Positions 24,714 through 36,700 of a stretch of 64,000 nucleotides of DNA are shown piece by piece. The stretch comes from Rebecca billardiae RCC1528 (lineage: Eukaryota; Protista; Haptophyta). Position 1 is the first letter of the stretch. Every line of letters starts with the position of its first letter. A program made the position numbers and the translations under genes. Where the stretch lies: the NCBI GenBank assembly GCA_965240325.2, contig OZ251246.1:1264398-1328397 (forward strand), in the 5' to 3' direction. A model generated the notes under the pieces. The model was not told the DNA's origin. It saw only the letters and a list, made by a program, of their open reading frames with translations, and searched no databases.

Positions 24714-27192
24714 GCGGGGCGGCGTCGGGCTGGGCGCAAGCGCCGTCTCGACGGCGCCGGGCGCGCGGCGCGGCGCGGGGCGCGGCGCGGTGCTGGGCGG
24801 CGCGCTGTTCGTGTGCGTGGGCTGCGCGCTGAGCACGCTCGCGCTGTGCGTGCTCGACGCGCGCGACGAGGCGGCGCGGCGCGAGGCGGTGCGCGCGCTC
24901 GGCGAGCGCTCGGCGCACGCGGCGGCGCGCGGCGCGCAGCCGCCGGCGCGCGACGCGCACGGCGCGCGCCGGCGCGCGGCCGCGCGGCACGTGCAGCGCC
25001 TCGCGCGCGGCGCGGCGGCGCGGCGCGTGGCCGCGCGGCTGCGCGCGGCGCGCGCGCTCGCGGGGCACTCGGCGGACTGGCCGCTCGCCCTGCGCCTCGC
25101 GCGCGTGCACTCGCTCGGCGGGCTCGCGCTGCGCAGCGCCGCGGCGGGCGCGCGGCGCGGCTCGCACGCGCTGGTCGCGTGGTGCGGCGCCGCGGCCGCG
25201 CTCGCGCTCGCGTGCGCGCTCGGCGCGCACGCGCCGGCGCGCACGCTGGGCGGCGGCGGCGCGGCGGGCGTGGCGCGGCTGGGCGCGCTGTGCGCCGTGC
25301 TGTGCGCGCCGCTCGTCGGCTGCGCGCGCCGGCTGCTCCGGCTGCCGCCCACGCGCCCGCTGTCGCCGGGGTCGCTCGCGCTCGCGACGCGCGCCGCCGT
25401 GCGCCGCCGCGCCGCGCGCCGGCTGCTGCTGCGCAGGCTGAGCGACGGCCGGCTGCTGCACGCCACGCGCCGCTCGCTCACGCGCGGCGCGGCGCGGCCG
25501 CGCACGGCGGAGGCGAGCGTCGTCGCGCTGCACCGCGCCGCGCCGCCGCCGCCCGCGCCGCCGCGGTGCGCGTGGCGCGCGGAGGGCGAGGGTGAGGGCG
25601 TGGAGGCGGAGGACGACGGCGCGCGCGCGTGGTGGCAGACCGCGGCGCACGGCGGCGGCGCGGCGGCGGTCACGCCGCTCGCGCGCGCCGACGCCACCGC
25701 GGCGGCGGCGGCGGGCGCGGCGCCGCAGCCGCCGCTGCCGCTGCCCGCCGCGCCGCTGCCCGCCGCGCCCGCCGACGGCGCGCGCGTCGCGGGCGCGGCG
25801 CGCGCCGCGCGCTTCCGGCCGGGCCGGTGCACGCGCCGCTCGGTCGAGTCGGAGCTGAGCGCGTGCAGCGCGGGCGCGTGGGCGGAGAAGGCGATGCAGC
25901 GCACGCCGGACGCGCCGCTCGACCGCGCGGCGCTGCGCGAGCTCGCCGCCGCGTTCCCCGCGGGCGCGGCCGCGCGCGCGCGCGCCGCGCGCGAGCCGGC
26001 GGCCGAGGGCGCGTGCGCGTGCGCGCGCGCGCCGCGCGCGCTGCCGTCGGGCGCGGCCGCGGCCGTGCGCGCGGTCTCGCGCATGCGCACGCTCGCCGCG
26101 AGCACCGCGGCCGCGCAGCCGCAGCCGCAGCCGCAGCCGCAGCGCGCGGAGGCGGCGCCCGCGCCCTCGCCCGCGCCGGCGCCGCTGCCGCCCAAGCCGC
26201 CGCCGCCGCTCCCTGCGCGCGAGGCGGCGTGCGGGTGCCAGAGCAGCAGCGCGCGCAGCGACGGCGCGGGCGCTGCGAGCGCGCGCTCGCGCTCGCGCTC
26301 GGGCGGCAGGCGGCAGCCGGCGTCCGCCTCGTCCGCGTGCCGCGCCGTCGCGACGTGGCTGACGGCGGACGAGGCGGACGACGACGCGCTCGGGCGCAGG
26401 CCGCACCCGCTCGCGCCCGCGGGCGCGCCGCACCCGCCGCCGCCGCCGGGGCCGCCGCCGCCCGCGCCGCCCTCGGCGCCGCCGCCGCCGCCGCCCGCGC
26501 CGCCGCCGCCGCCGCGCCTGGACGAGCGCGCGCTCGAGGCGCTGCGCGTGCGCTTCGCCGCGTCCGACTCGGACCTGAGCGGCTCGCTCGACGAGCGCGA
26601 GCTGGGCGTGCTGCTGGGCGTGCAGCTGGGCGTGCGCGTGCCGAGGCACCGCGTGCGCGCGCTCTTCGGCGCGCTCGACGCGGACGGCGACGGCCGCATC
26701 CAGTTCCCCGAGCTGGCGGCGTGGTCGGCCAAGGCGCTGCACGGCGCGCGCACGCGCGAGCAGGCCAAGGTGCGGCGGCAGCGCGCGTGGCGCTCGAGCG
26801 CGCGCGCGCGCACCGCCGCGCGCTGGGGCGCGGCGCTGTGCCTCGTCGGCGCGTGCGCCGCGCTCGCGCTCGAGCTCGGCGGCGAGGCGCTCGACGAGAC
26901 CGGCGCGGCGCTCGCGCTCGCGGCGGCGGCGCTCGGCGCGCTCGGCGCGCTCGGCGTGGGCGAGCCGGCGCTGCTGTGCGCGGAGGACTGGCTGCGCGCG
27001 CACGCGCTCGACGCCGCGCTGCAGATCACGCTCGGCCCGGCGGGCGGCGCGCCGCCGCCGCCGCCCGCGCGCGCGCAGCTGCCGGGCGCGCCGCCGCCGG
27101 GCGCGGGCGGCGTGCGCGGCGCGGCGCGGCGCGCGCTCGCGGCGGCGCTCGTGATGCTCATCGGCGGCGTGCCGCCGGCCGACGGCTACTAG
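21352..27192 (+). CDS. Giant extensin/HRGP-like surface protein: signal peptide, ~950-aa SPPP/APPS stalk, SEA-like segment, TM helices, EF-hand pair
   Basis: 1946-aa ORF with SPn repeats; ARVHIVAVLPGSVAVVFDV; hydrophobic helices; EF loops DSDLSGSLDERE and DADGDGRIQFPE. Hidden introns in the 3' half are possible. Confidence 0.7.
21430..24280 (+). repeat. Coding minisatellite (CCG-rich) for the Ser/Ala-Pro repeats
   Basis: 12-bp ccgagcccgccg / ccgagcgcgccg units with longer internal duplications. Confidence 0.9.
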
Positions 27193-27269
27193 AGGCTCCG
27201 GCCGGGGGGAGGACGCGCTGCGTGCACCGCCCGGTGGACGGTAGCCAGTGTCGCGGAATCGAGTCCGCC

Positions 27270-28272
27270 ATCCTGGCTGGAGTAGGTTTCTTTCTTTTGC
27301 TCAGCCCGGACTCCGGAGTCGCCGGCTCGCCGCCGAGGGGCGGCCACACGCCCACACCGGCCGCGAAGAGGCGCGTCGCTCGCCGCCGCGTCGCTGCGTC
27401 GCTGCTGCTCTTCTCCAAGTACCACGGGCTGGGCAACGACTACGTGCTCGTGGACAACCGCGCCTCCGCCGAGCCGCTCCTCAGCGCCGCGCGCGCGCGC
27501 GCGCTGTGCGAGCGGCACGTGGGCGTGGGCGCGGACGGCGTGCTGCTCGCGATGCCGCCCGCGGACGGCGCGCACGTGGGCATGCGGCTGGTGAAGCCCG
27601 ACGGCTCGGAGCCGCCGCTGTGCGGCAACGGCATCCGCTGCCTCGCGCGCTTCGTCGCCGACCGCGACGGCGACCGCGCGCCGCGCGCGTGCACACGTGG
27701 TGTCGACGGGCGTGGGGCTGGTGCGCTGCGAGCTGCGAGCGGACGGCCGCGTCGCCGTCGACATGGGCGAGCCGCAGCTCGGCGCGGCGGGCGTGCCGAC
27801 GACGCTGCCCGCCGGCGCGGACGGGCGCGTGCTCGACGCGCCGCTCGAGGCGGGCGGCCGCGCGTGGCGCGTCGCGTGCGTGGGCGTGGGCCGCCCGCAC
27901 GCCGTCGTGCTGCTGCGGGGCGCGGACGAGCTGCGCGCGCTGCAGCTGCGCGAGCTCGGCCCGGCGTTCGAGGCGCGGACCGACGCGTTCCCGCGCGGCG
28001 TGAACACCGAGTTCGCGCGCGTCCTCTCGCGCACGCGCCTGCGCATGCGCGTGTGGGAGGCGGGCTCGGGCGAGACGCTCGCGTGCGGCGCGGGCGCGTG
28101 CGCGCTCGTGGTCGCGGCCGCGGCGCTCGGCGTCGCGGAGCGCGCGTGCACGGTCGAGCTGCCGGGCGGCGAGCTCGAGATCGAGTGGCGCGCGGCGGAC
28201 AACCGCGTCCGGATGACGGGCCCCGCGGCGCACGTCTTTGACGGCCAGCTCGCCCGCCCGGGCGAGCCATAA
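27270..28272 (+). pseudogene. dapF: Diaminopimelate epimerase (DapF) homologue with a +1 frameshift near 27690 and no in-frame ATG (pseudogene or assembly error)
   Basis: FSKYHGLGNDY, GVGADG, PDGSEPPLCGNGIRC in one frame; VDMGEP, GRPH, FPRGVNTEF, VWEAGSGETLACGAGACA, LPGGEL, MTGPA in the next frame. Confidence 0.85.
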
Positions 28273-28365
28273 ATGACGACGTCTCAAAATATATCGCGGC
28301 ATATCAGTGTCAAGAAAGTCTCTATTGAATATGGGGGGTAGGAAACGGAAAGAGCGACGACGACG

Positions 28366-29958
28366 ATGGCTGCTTCCGACGACGACGACGACGACAACAC
28401 GCCCCAGCCGTCCGGCGAGCTCCCCGCGCCGACGGCGCGGCGCGCGGTGGAGGTGCGCGCGGCGGAGCGCGCGCTGCGGCTCGGGTACGAGTCGGAGGGC
28501 CCGCCGCCGCCGCCGCGCCTCCGCTCGCGCCTCGCCAAGCTCGAGCCGCTCGCGGCCGCGCTGCGCGCGCGCGAGGGGCCGGACGCGCCGGCCGGGCGCG
28601 ACCCCGCCGGCGCGACCGTCTTCGCGCTCGGCCCGGTCGAGCTGGGCGGCGGCGGCGCGCGGTGGCCGTTCGTGCTCTACCTCGGCGCGCCCGACGCCGC
28701 GGCGCTCCACCCCGCCGCCGACCCGCGCCGCGAGCTGAGCGGCCTGCAGCACGACCTGCGGCGCGGCGCGGTGCACGCGCTCGCGCTCGGCGAGCTGCGC
28801 GCGGCCCAGCCGGTGCGGCCGCGCGCGCTGCTGCGCGGCTGGGCGCGCGGGCCGTCCGACGCGGCGCTCCTCGTCGCGCACGCCGCGCCCGGCGGCGCGC
28901 ACGCCGCGTGGACGCGGCTGGGCGCGGGCCACGCGCTGCAGCTGCTGTGCGAGACCGCCGCGCCGATGCCGAGCGCGCCCACGCTCGCGCGCCGCGCGCA
29001 GCTGCACGCCGCGATGCGCGGCGCGCGTGGCGCGGCGGCGGAGGCGGAGGTTGCGCGGCTCGCCGAGCTGGAGGCCGAGCTGCGCGCCGACGGCCTCGAC
29101 GATCCCGCCCTCGCCGAGCTCCTCGCCGAGCTCGCGGCGCGCGCGGCCGCGGAGGGGCGCGGCGGCGCGCCCGCGCGCGCGCTCGCGCGCGCGGGCGCGC
29201 GGCTCGGGCCCGACGTCGAGCTGGCGTTCGGGGCGGAGGAGGTGAGCTACGCGCTGTTCGGCGGGCCGCACCAGCCGCTGCGCGGCAGCCGCGGCTGGGC
29301 GCAGACGCCGCCCGCCGCGCTGCGCGCCGCGGCGCACGCGTGCGCGCTCGCGAGCCTGGCGCGCGCGGCCGGGGGCGCCGTCCGCTTTGAGCCGGGCGCG
29401 CAGCAGCGGCAGCAGCAGCAGCAGCCGGGCGGGGCGCACGCGGGCGCAGACGCGCTGGAGGAGACGATGGCGGGGCGGGAGGCGGTCGCCGTGGTGTGGC
29501 TCTGCGTGCGCGAGGCGTGCGCGCGCGGCGCGCTGCCCGCGGTGGGCAGCGCGGTGGGCGCCGCCGCCCTGCTCGCGCCGCCGCCGCCGCCGCCGCCCGC
29601 GGAGCGGCCGCGCGCGCGCCCGCGGCCGCCGCAGCGCCGGCCGGCGGCGGCGCGCGCCGCGCCCGCGGCGGAGCCGCGCGGCGAGGCCAGCGCGGCGGCC
29701 GCTGCCGCCGGTGGCAGCGGCGCTGGCGACGGCGAGGACGAGGACGAGGACGAGGACGAGCCGAGCGTGCCCAACGCGCAGCTGCAGGCGTACCTGCGCG
29801 CACGCGGCGCCTCGGCCGCGGCGGCGGGCAGCGTGGCGGCCGCGGTGATCGAGACGGTGCGCGTGCGAGGCACGCGCGCGCCCGTCGGGATGGAGGGGCG
29901 CGAGCTCTCGTCGTCGGAGGAGGAGGACGGCTCCTCCTCCGACGGGAGCAGCGCGTGA
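28366..29958 (+). CDS. Hypothetical protein (530 aa)
   Basis: Long ORF with genome-typical GC3 codon bias and acidic termini; no recognised domain. Confidence 0.6.
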   Translation: MAASDDDDDDNTPQPSGELPAPTARRAVEVRAAERALRLGYESEGPPPPPRLRSRLAKLEPLAAALRAREGPDAPAGRDPAGATVFALGPVELGGGGARWPFVLYLGAPDAAALHPAADPRRELSGLQHDLRRGAVHALALGELRAAQPVRPRALLRGWARGPSDAALLVAHAAPGGAHAAWTRLGAGHALQLLCETAAPMPSAPTLARRAQLHAAMRGARGAAAEAEVARLAELEAELRADGLDDPALAELLAELAARAAAEGRGGAPARALARAGARLGPDVELAFGAEEVSYALFGGPHQPLRGSRGWAQTPPAALRAAAHACALASLARAAGGAVRFEPGAQQRQQQQQPGGAHAGADALEETMAGREAVAVVWLCVREACARGALPAVGSAVGAAALLAPPPPPPPAERPRARPRPPQRRPAAARAAPAAEPRGEASAAAAAAGGSGAGDGEDEDEDEDEPSVPNAQLQAYLRARGASAAAAGSVAAAVIETVRVRGTRAPVGMEGRELSSSEEEDGSSSDGSSA

Positions 29959-30160
29959 TGACTCGGACCGCTTCGGGCGTAGCAGGCCGCGCGTAACTGC
30001 CACGTGGCCCAGCCGCCAGCGGCGCTGCGCAGCTGAGCAGCTACTGCTAGCGAGGCGTAGCAACCAAGATCGAGGTGGGCTGGACGGGTGAGCGCAGTCC
30101 TTGCGGCGGACGATGCCTCGCCCCATCACGCCGGCTCACAGTGCGCTAACCGCCACCGAA

Positions 30161-33100
30161 CACAGCAACGATTTCTTTTTTAAAGCGGCCGTTAAGGAAA
30201 CTCCAACAAATTGATTTTCGGCCGTTAACGGCTGAATCTGGTGGTCCGGGCCAAATCCCGAGACGAGCGTTCGTCCGCTCGGCGTCGCACGGACGCCGTC
30301 GGAGGGCTTGGCGGCCGACCGTTCGACTCGCGGTGCGCGCGTGCGCCGTGCGTGCGCGTGTGGCGGCGTCCACGTCGCCGCTGCGCCACCGGTGCTCTAA
30401 TCGCGAGTGTTCCCCAACCTATCCCCCGCCTGCCCCGCACCCGCTCCGCGTCCCGACGCGCCACGCCGATCTACTTTGCTAGGTCTGTTCGTGACACGGT
30501 GCGAATTCGCGCCCGCCCGCACGCCGCCGCGCGCGGGGATGCAGGAAGTACATGGAGGGGCGCGGAGTTTACATTCAGGGGGCGGGTTACTCGTGATCCA
30601 CGCACATGCGCAGCGGGAACGCTTACTTTTGTATGGGTGACCGGGAATTTGTATCGGACTAACTTGCGGCGGCTACGGCCGGCCCGGCCGCGCCGCACCG
30701 CGCTCGCCGCGCGCAGCAATGACGACGGCTGTGCTCACCGTGGGCAAGGGCAAGCGTTCCTGCGCGAAGCCTAGGAAGTCCAAGCTGTATCGCAAAGGTG
30801 CCTAACGCATCGGGCGCCAGGTCTCTGCCGCATCTGCGCGGCTGCGCATGGCCGCGGCGCTGCCGCACGAGATGCTCAAGCTGTCAGCGCGCGCGAGGCG
30901 GGGAGCGAGGTGGACCACTCGATCATGCCGAACGAGAACTACCCGGCGGAGGTCAAGCGCAGCGTCAACAGCCTCGTCGCCATCAAGGCCGAGCGGAAGA
31001 AGAACAACCTGCTGCGTGTAGCCAAGCTGCTGCTCTTCCAGTGAGACGCGCTCGGGCTTACCTGCCTTCACTCGCTCGACGACGAGGGCGTCGTGCACTA
31101 GGCGCGCGAGAAGGACCGCACACTGCGCATCGTGGGCTCGCGCCAGCCCGAGAGATCTCGACGTGGCTCAACCTGGGCATGCGCCACCCGATCCCGCCGC
31201 CGGTGGCTGGCTCACGTGAGAGCGCGCTGCGCAATCGCGAGCACGCGGGCGCGGGCGTGATGATGATCGGCAGCGAGTCGGCGGCGCGGCCGTGGGCGCA
31301 GGCCGTGGGCGCCGTGCTGGACCGCTTGGAGCGCTACGGCAAGTCCGCGCGCCCGCGCGGGCAGCCGCATGTCCTCCTCCTCTCGGCGGACACGGGCCAA
31401 ACGCAGCGCACTCGCGCTCGGCCACGATCGCCATCGTGCGCAACGATGAGGGTGTTGCGCTCGCGTCGTCGGAGGCGATCGCCATCTCGGAGCGGCCGGA
31501 CTCGGACATGCCCGAGCTATGGAGTGCGCACGCCGACGGGATCAATGACGTGCTCCGGAGCGGCCGGCTCCCACCGCGACCGGCGCCGCCAGCTGCCGCC
31601 GCTGCACGTGGCCAGCGCGGCAGGGCGGCGCGGCTGGCGGCGCGGCAGGCGGCGCGGCCGGCGACGCGGCCGGCGGCGCGGCCGGCGGCAGCGGCGGCAG
31701 CGGCAGCGGCAGCGGTAGCGGCGTAGCTGGCGGTGCCGCCGGCGCTGGAGTCCGCGCGGCCGGTGGCGTGGTCGGCGGCGCGGCCGGCGGCGCGGCGGGC
31801 GGCGTGGCTGGCAACGCGGGCGCGTCCGCGGGCACGGGCGGCGGCGCGGCCGGCGCGAGCGGCAGCGGCAGCGGCGTGGCTGGCGGCACAGTCGGCGCTG
31901 GCGTCCGTGCGGCCGGTGGCGCGGCCGGCGGCGCGGCCAGCGGCGCGGCTGACAGCGCGGGCGGTGGCGCGGCCGGCGGCGGCACTGCCGGCGGCGGCGC
32001 GGCCGGCGGCGCGGCCGCGCGCGGCCGGCGCGGCCGGCAGCAGCGGCGGCAGCTGCAGCGACAGCGGCGTGACTGGCGACACAGCCGGCGTTGGCGTCCG
32101 CGCGGCCGGTGGCGCGGCCTGCGGCGCGGCCGGCGGCGCGGCTGACAGCGCGGGCGATGGCGGGCCCGGTGGCGGCGCGCCCGACGGCGGCACGCCCGAC
32201 AACTGCGCGCCAGGCGGCGGTGCGCCCGGCGACGCGGCCGGACGCGGCCGGCGGCGCGGCTGGCAACGCGGGCGCGGGTGCTGGCGGCGGCGCGGGCGGC
32301 GCGGGCGGCAGCTGCAGTGGCGTGGCTGGCGGCACAGCTGGCGTTGGCGTCCGCGCGGCTGGAGGCGCGGCCGGAGGTGCGGCCGGCGGCGCGGACAGCG
32401 GCGCGGCTGACAGCGCTCGCGATCGCGCGGCCGGCGGCGGCGCGGCCGGCGGCGGCGCGGCCGGCGGTGGCGCGGCCGGCGGCGGCGCGGCCGGTGCGGG
32501 CGGCAGCAGCAGCACTGGTGGCAGCAGCAGCGGCAGCTGCGTGGCTGGCGGCACCGCTGGCGCTGGCGTCCGCGCGGCCGGTGGCGCGGCCGGCGGCGCG
32601 GCCGGGGGCGCGGCCGGGGGCGCGGCTGGCAACGTGGGCGCGGGCGCGGGCGCGGGCGGCGGCGTGGGCGGCGCGGCCGGCAGTGGCAGCGGCGTGGCTA
32701 GCGGCACAGCCGGTGCTGGCGTCCGCGTGGCCGGTGGCGCGGCATGTGGCGCGGCCAGCCGCGCGGCTGACAGTGCGGGTGGTGGTGCGGCTGGTGGCGG
32801 CGCGGCCGGCGGCGGCGCGGCCGGCGGCGGCGCGCAGCAGCGCGGCCTCGGTGGCAGCACTGCCTCGGCAGGCGGCAGCGCGGCCGGCGGCGGTTTTGGC
32901 GGCGGCGCCGAGGCGGCCGACTACGCGGAGGAGCAGAAGGCCATCGTGGCGTGCACCGGCGCTTACGTCAGCCTCGCCAGCCTCGCCGGCCAGGGCTCGC
33001 ACAACGTCCCACCGCTCCGCTTCAACGTCTGGGCGGTCACGGAGGCGGGCGCAGACGGCGTCTCGCCTCAGGCGGCGGGGGCGCCTCGTGCAGCTCGCGG

Positions 33101-33705
33101 ACGAGCAGGTGCAGGGGCATTTCGTGCAGGTGACCAAGCGTGCGATGCCGCTCGTGCACGCGCGCAAGTCACTCGACTCATTCGTCCGCGAGTACGCCGA
33201 GGGGAAGAAGTCGACGGCGGAGCCGCACATCTCGACGGTCGCGCAGCTCGTGCGCCGCGTGTCGCTTGCGACGTGGGCAGAGGAGTTCGGCGACAAGGTG
33301 CGGCGGCTCTGGCTGAAGAAGTACGCCAAGCGGCAGCGCGAATGGCAGCGCAGGGCGGAGACCGACGCGATCGACCTGATCGCGGAGTGCATGACGGCGC
33401 GCAAGCTCCTGCGCGAGGAGGCTGGGCTTCCGGAGAAGGAGTTTTCGGCACTCAGGAGCAAATTGATGGCGGCGCGCTCGCCGGACCGCTCGGTGACGGT
33501 GATTTACGGCGCGGATGTCGCGCGCGACGGTAGCGGGGCTGGGTAGCGGCAATCAGGCAGCTGACGGTGCGGGCATGCAGGGGGGACCAGCCGCGCGCGC
33601 GCGCCGCCCCCTAGGGGCGCGCGCGCAGCGCATAGTAATTTTTCGAAAATTAATCTGGCCGCTGGACACGCTAACGGCCGCTTTAAAAAAGAAGTCGTTG
33701 CTGTG
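30161..33705. mobile_element. 3.5-kb TIR DNA transposon derivative with CACAG termini (CMC/CACTA-Chapaev-like ends)
   Basis: 34-bp TIR CACAGCAACGA(T/C)TTCTTTTTTAAAGCGGCCGTTA at 30161-30194 and inverted at 33672-33705 (1 mismatch). Flanks CGAA / CGAG. Confidence 0.85.
30719..33546 (+). pseudogene. Decayed cargo gene of unknown family inside the TIR element, with Gly/Ala repeat linker
   Basis: Protein-like frame MPNENYPAEVKRSV... interrupted by TGA 31042 and TAG 31099, frameshifts near 31150 and 33065, and a protein-like C-terminal block (..WLKKYAKRQREWQRRAE..) ending at 33546. Confidence 0.55.
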
Positions 33706-36700
33706 CGAGTGTAGCAGCACGCCCGCCTGCGGCTCCCTGTGACGCGCGCACGCTGGGCCTCGCGCGCCCTCGGCAGCAGCTGCGGCGCGCCGAGTCAGGT
33801 GGCGGAGCGAGGTGGAGCGGCGTGGAGCGGCGTGAAGCGCTCGCGGCTGTGCGTTGGGACGTGCCCGACTCGGCCGTGCCTAGGCGGAGTGCCGGCCACG
33901 GGCGCGTGGCTTGAGCGCAGCAGCACGCCCGCCTGCGGCGCCCGGCGAGGCGCGCACTCTGGGCCTCGCGCGCCTTCGGCAGCAGCTGCGGCGCGCCGAG
34001 TCTGGTGGCGGAGATAGGTGGAGCGGCGTGGAGCGGCGTGGAGCGCTCGCGGCTGTGCGCTCGGACGTACCCGACCCGGCCGTGCCCAGGCGGAGCGCCG
34101 GCCTCGGGCGCGCGACTCGAGTGCAGCAGCACGCCCGCCGGCGGCTCCCTGTGACGCGCGCACGCTGGGCCTCGCGCGCCCTCGGCAGCAGCTGCGGCGC
34201 GCCAAGGCAGGTGGCGATGCGAGGTGGAGCGGCGTGGAGCGGCGTGGAGCGCCCGCGGCTGTGTATCCGGACGTGCCCGCCGTGGCCGTAGCGAGGCGGA
34301 GCACCGGCCTCGGGCGCGCGACTCGAGTGTAGCAGCACGCCCGCCTGCGGCTCCCTGTGACGCGCGCACGCTGGGCCTCGCGCGCCCTCGGCAGCAGCTG
34401 CGGCGCGCCGAGTCAGGTGGCGGAGCGAGGTGGAGCGGCGTGGAGCGGCGTGGAGCGCTCGCGGCTGTGCGTTCGGACGTACTCGACTCGGCCGTGCCTA
34501 GGCGGAGCGCCGGCCTCGGGCGCGCGGCTGGAGCGCAGCAGCACGCCCGCCTGCGGCGCCCGGCGAGGCGCGCACGCTGGGCCTCGCGCGCCTTCGGCAG
34601 CAGCTGCGCCGCGCCAAGTCTGGTGGCGGAGCGAGGTGGAGCGGCGTGGAGCGGCGTGAAGCGCTCGCGGCTGTGCGTTGGGACGTACCCGCCCCGGCCG
34701 TGCCTAGGCGGAGCGCCGGCCTCGGGCACGTGGCTTGAGCGCAGCAGCACGCCCGCCTGCGGCGCCCGGCGAGGCGCGCACGCTGGGCCTCGCGCGCCTT
34801 CGGCAGCAGCTGCGGCGCGCCGAGTCTGGTGGCGGAGCGAGGTGGAGCGGCGTGGAGCGGCGTGGAGCGCTCGCGGCTGTGTATCCGGCCGTGCCAGCCC
34901 CGGCCGTAGCGAGGCGGAGCGCCGGCCTCGGGCGCGTGGCTGGAGCGCAGCAGCACGCCCGCCTGCGGCGCCCGGCGAGGTGCGCACGCTCGGCCTCGCG
35001 CGCCTTCGGCAGCAGCTGCGGCGCGCCGAGTCTGGTGGCGGAGCGAGGTGGAGCGGCGTGGAGCGGCGTGGAGCGCTCGCGGCTGTGCGTTCGGACGTAC
35101 TCGACTCGGCCGTGCCTAGGCGGAGCGCCGGCCTCGGGCGCGCGGCTGGAGCGCAGCAGCACGCCCGCCTGCGGCGCCCGGCGAGGCGCGCACGCTGGGC
35201 CTCGCGCGCCTTCGGCAGCAGCTGCGGCGCGCCGAGTCTGGTGGCGGAGCGAGGTGGAGCGGCGTGGAGCGGCGTGGAGCGCTCGCGGCTGTGTATCCGG
35301 CCGTGCCAGCCCCGGCCGTAGCGAGGCGGAGCGCCGGCCTCGGGCGCGTGGCTGGAGCGCAGCAGCACGCCCGCCTGCGGCGCCCGGCGAGGTGCGCACG
35401 CTCGGCCTCGCGCGCCTTCGGCAGCAGCTGCGGCGCGCCGAGTCTGGTGGCGGAGCGAGGTGGAGCGGCGTGGAGCGGCGTGGAGCGCTCGCGGCGGTGT
35501 GTTCAGACGTACTCGACCCGGTCGTGCCGAGGCGGAGCGCCGGCCTCGGGGCGCGCGGCGGAAGTGCGGCAGCACGCGGCCGGCGGCGCCCGGTGACGCG
35601 GGTACGCCGGGCCTGCCCGCCCTCGGCAGCAGCCGTGGCGGCGCGCCGAGTCAGGTGGCGGAGATAGGTGGAGCGGCGTGGAGCGGCGTGGAGCGCTCGC
35701 GGCTGTGCGCTCGGACGTACCCGACCCGGCCGTGCCGAGGCGGAGCCCCGGCCTCGGGCGCGCGACTCGAGTGTAGCAGCACGCCCGCCGGCGGCTCCCT
35801 GTGACGCGCGCACGCTGGGCCTCGCGCGCCCTCGGCAGCAGCTGCGGCGCGCCAAGGCAGGTGGCGAAGCGAGGTGGAGCGGCGTGGAGTGGCGTGGAGC
35901 GCTCGCGGCTGTGTTGTGTGTCCGGCCGTGCCCACCCCGGCCGTAGCGAGGCGGAGCGCCGGCCTCGGGCGCGTGGCTTGAGCGCAGCAGCTCGCCCGCC
36001 GGCGGCGCCCGGCGAGGCGCGCACGCTGGGCCTCGCGCGCCTTCGGCAGCAGCTGCGGCGCGCCGAGTCAGGTGGCGGAGCGAGGTGGAGCGGGGTGGAG
36101 CGGCGTGGAGCGCTCGCGGCTGTGTATCCGGATGTACCCGACCCGACCGTGCCGAGGCGGAGCGCCGGCCTCGGGGCGCGCGGCGGGAGTGCAGCAGCAC
36201 GCGGCCGGCGGCGCCCGGTGACGCGCGTACGCCGGGCCCGCGCCCCCTCGGCGGCAGCTGCGGCGCGCCGAGTCCGAGTCAGGTGGCGGAGCGAGGTGGA
36301 GCGGCGTGGAGCGGCGTGGAGCGCTCGCGGCTGTGCGTTCGGACGTACTCGACTCGGCCGTGCCTAGGCGGAGCGCCGGCCTCGGGCGCGCGGCTGGAGC
36401 GCAGCAGCACGCCCGCCTGCGGCGCCCGGCGAGGCGCGCACGCTGGGCCTCGCGCGCCCTCGGCAGCAGCTGCGGCGCGCCGAGTCTGGTGGCGGAGCGA
36501 GGTGGAGCGGGGTGGAGTGGCGTGGAGCGCTCGCGGCTGTGTATACGGATGTACCCGACCCGACCGTGCCGAGGCGGAGCGCCGGCCTCGGGCGCGCGCG
36601 GCGGGAGTGCAGCAGCACGCGGCCGGCGGCGCCCGGTGACGCGCGTACGCCGGGCCCGCGCCCCCTCGGCGGCAGCTGCGGCGCGCCGAGTCCGAGTCAG

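Noticed and set aside
236-30129. Long overlapping Arg/Ala/Gly-rich ORFs (e.g. 236-2356+, 5165-8374-, 17791-21090-, 21219-27161-, 27481-30129-)
   Set aside because: Antisense or off-frame shadows of real genes caused by high GC3; no motifs.
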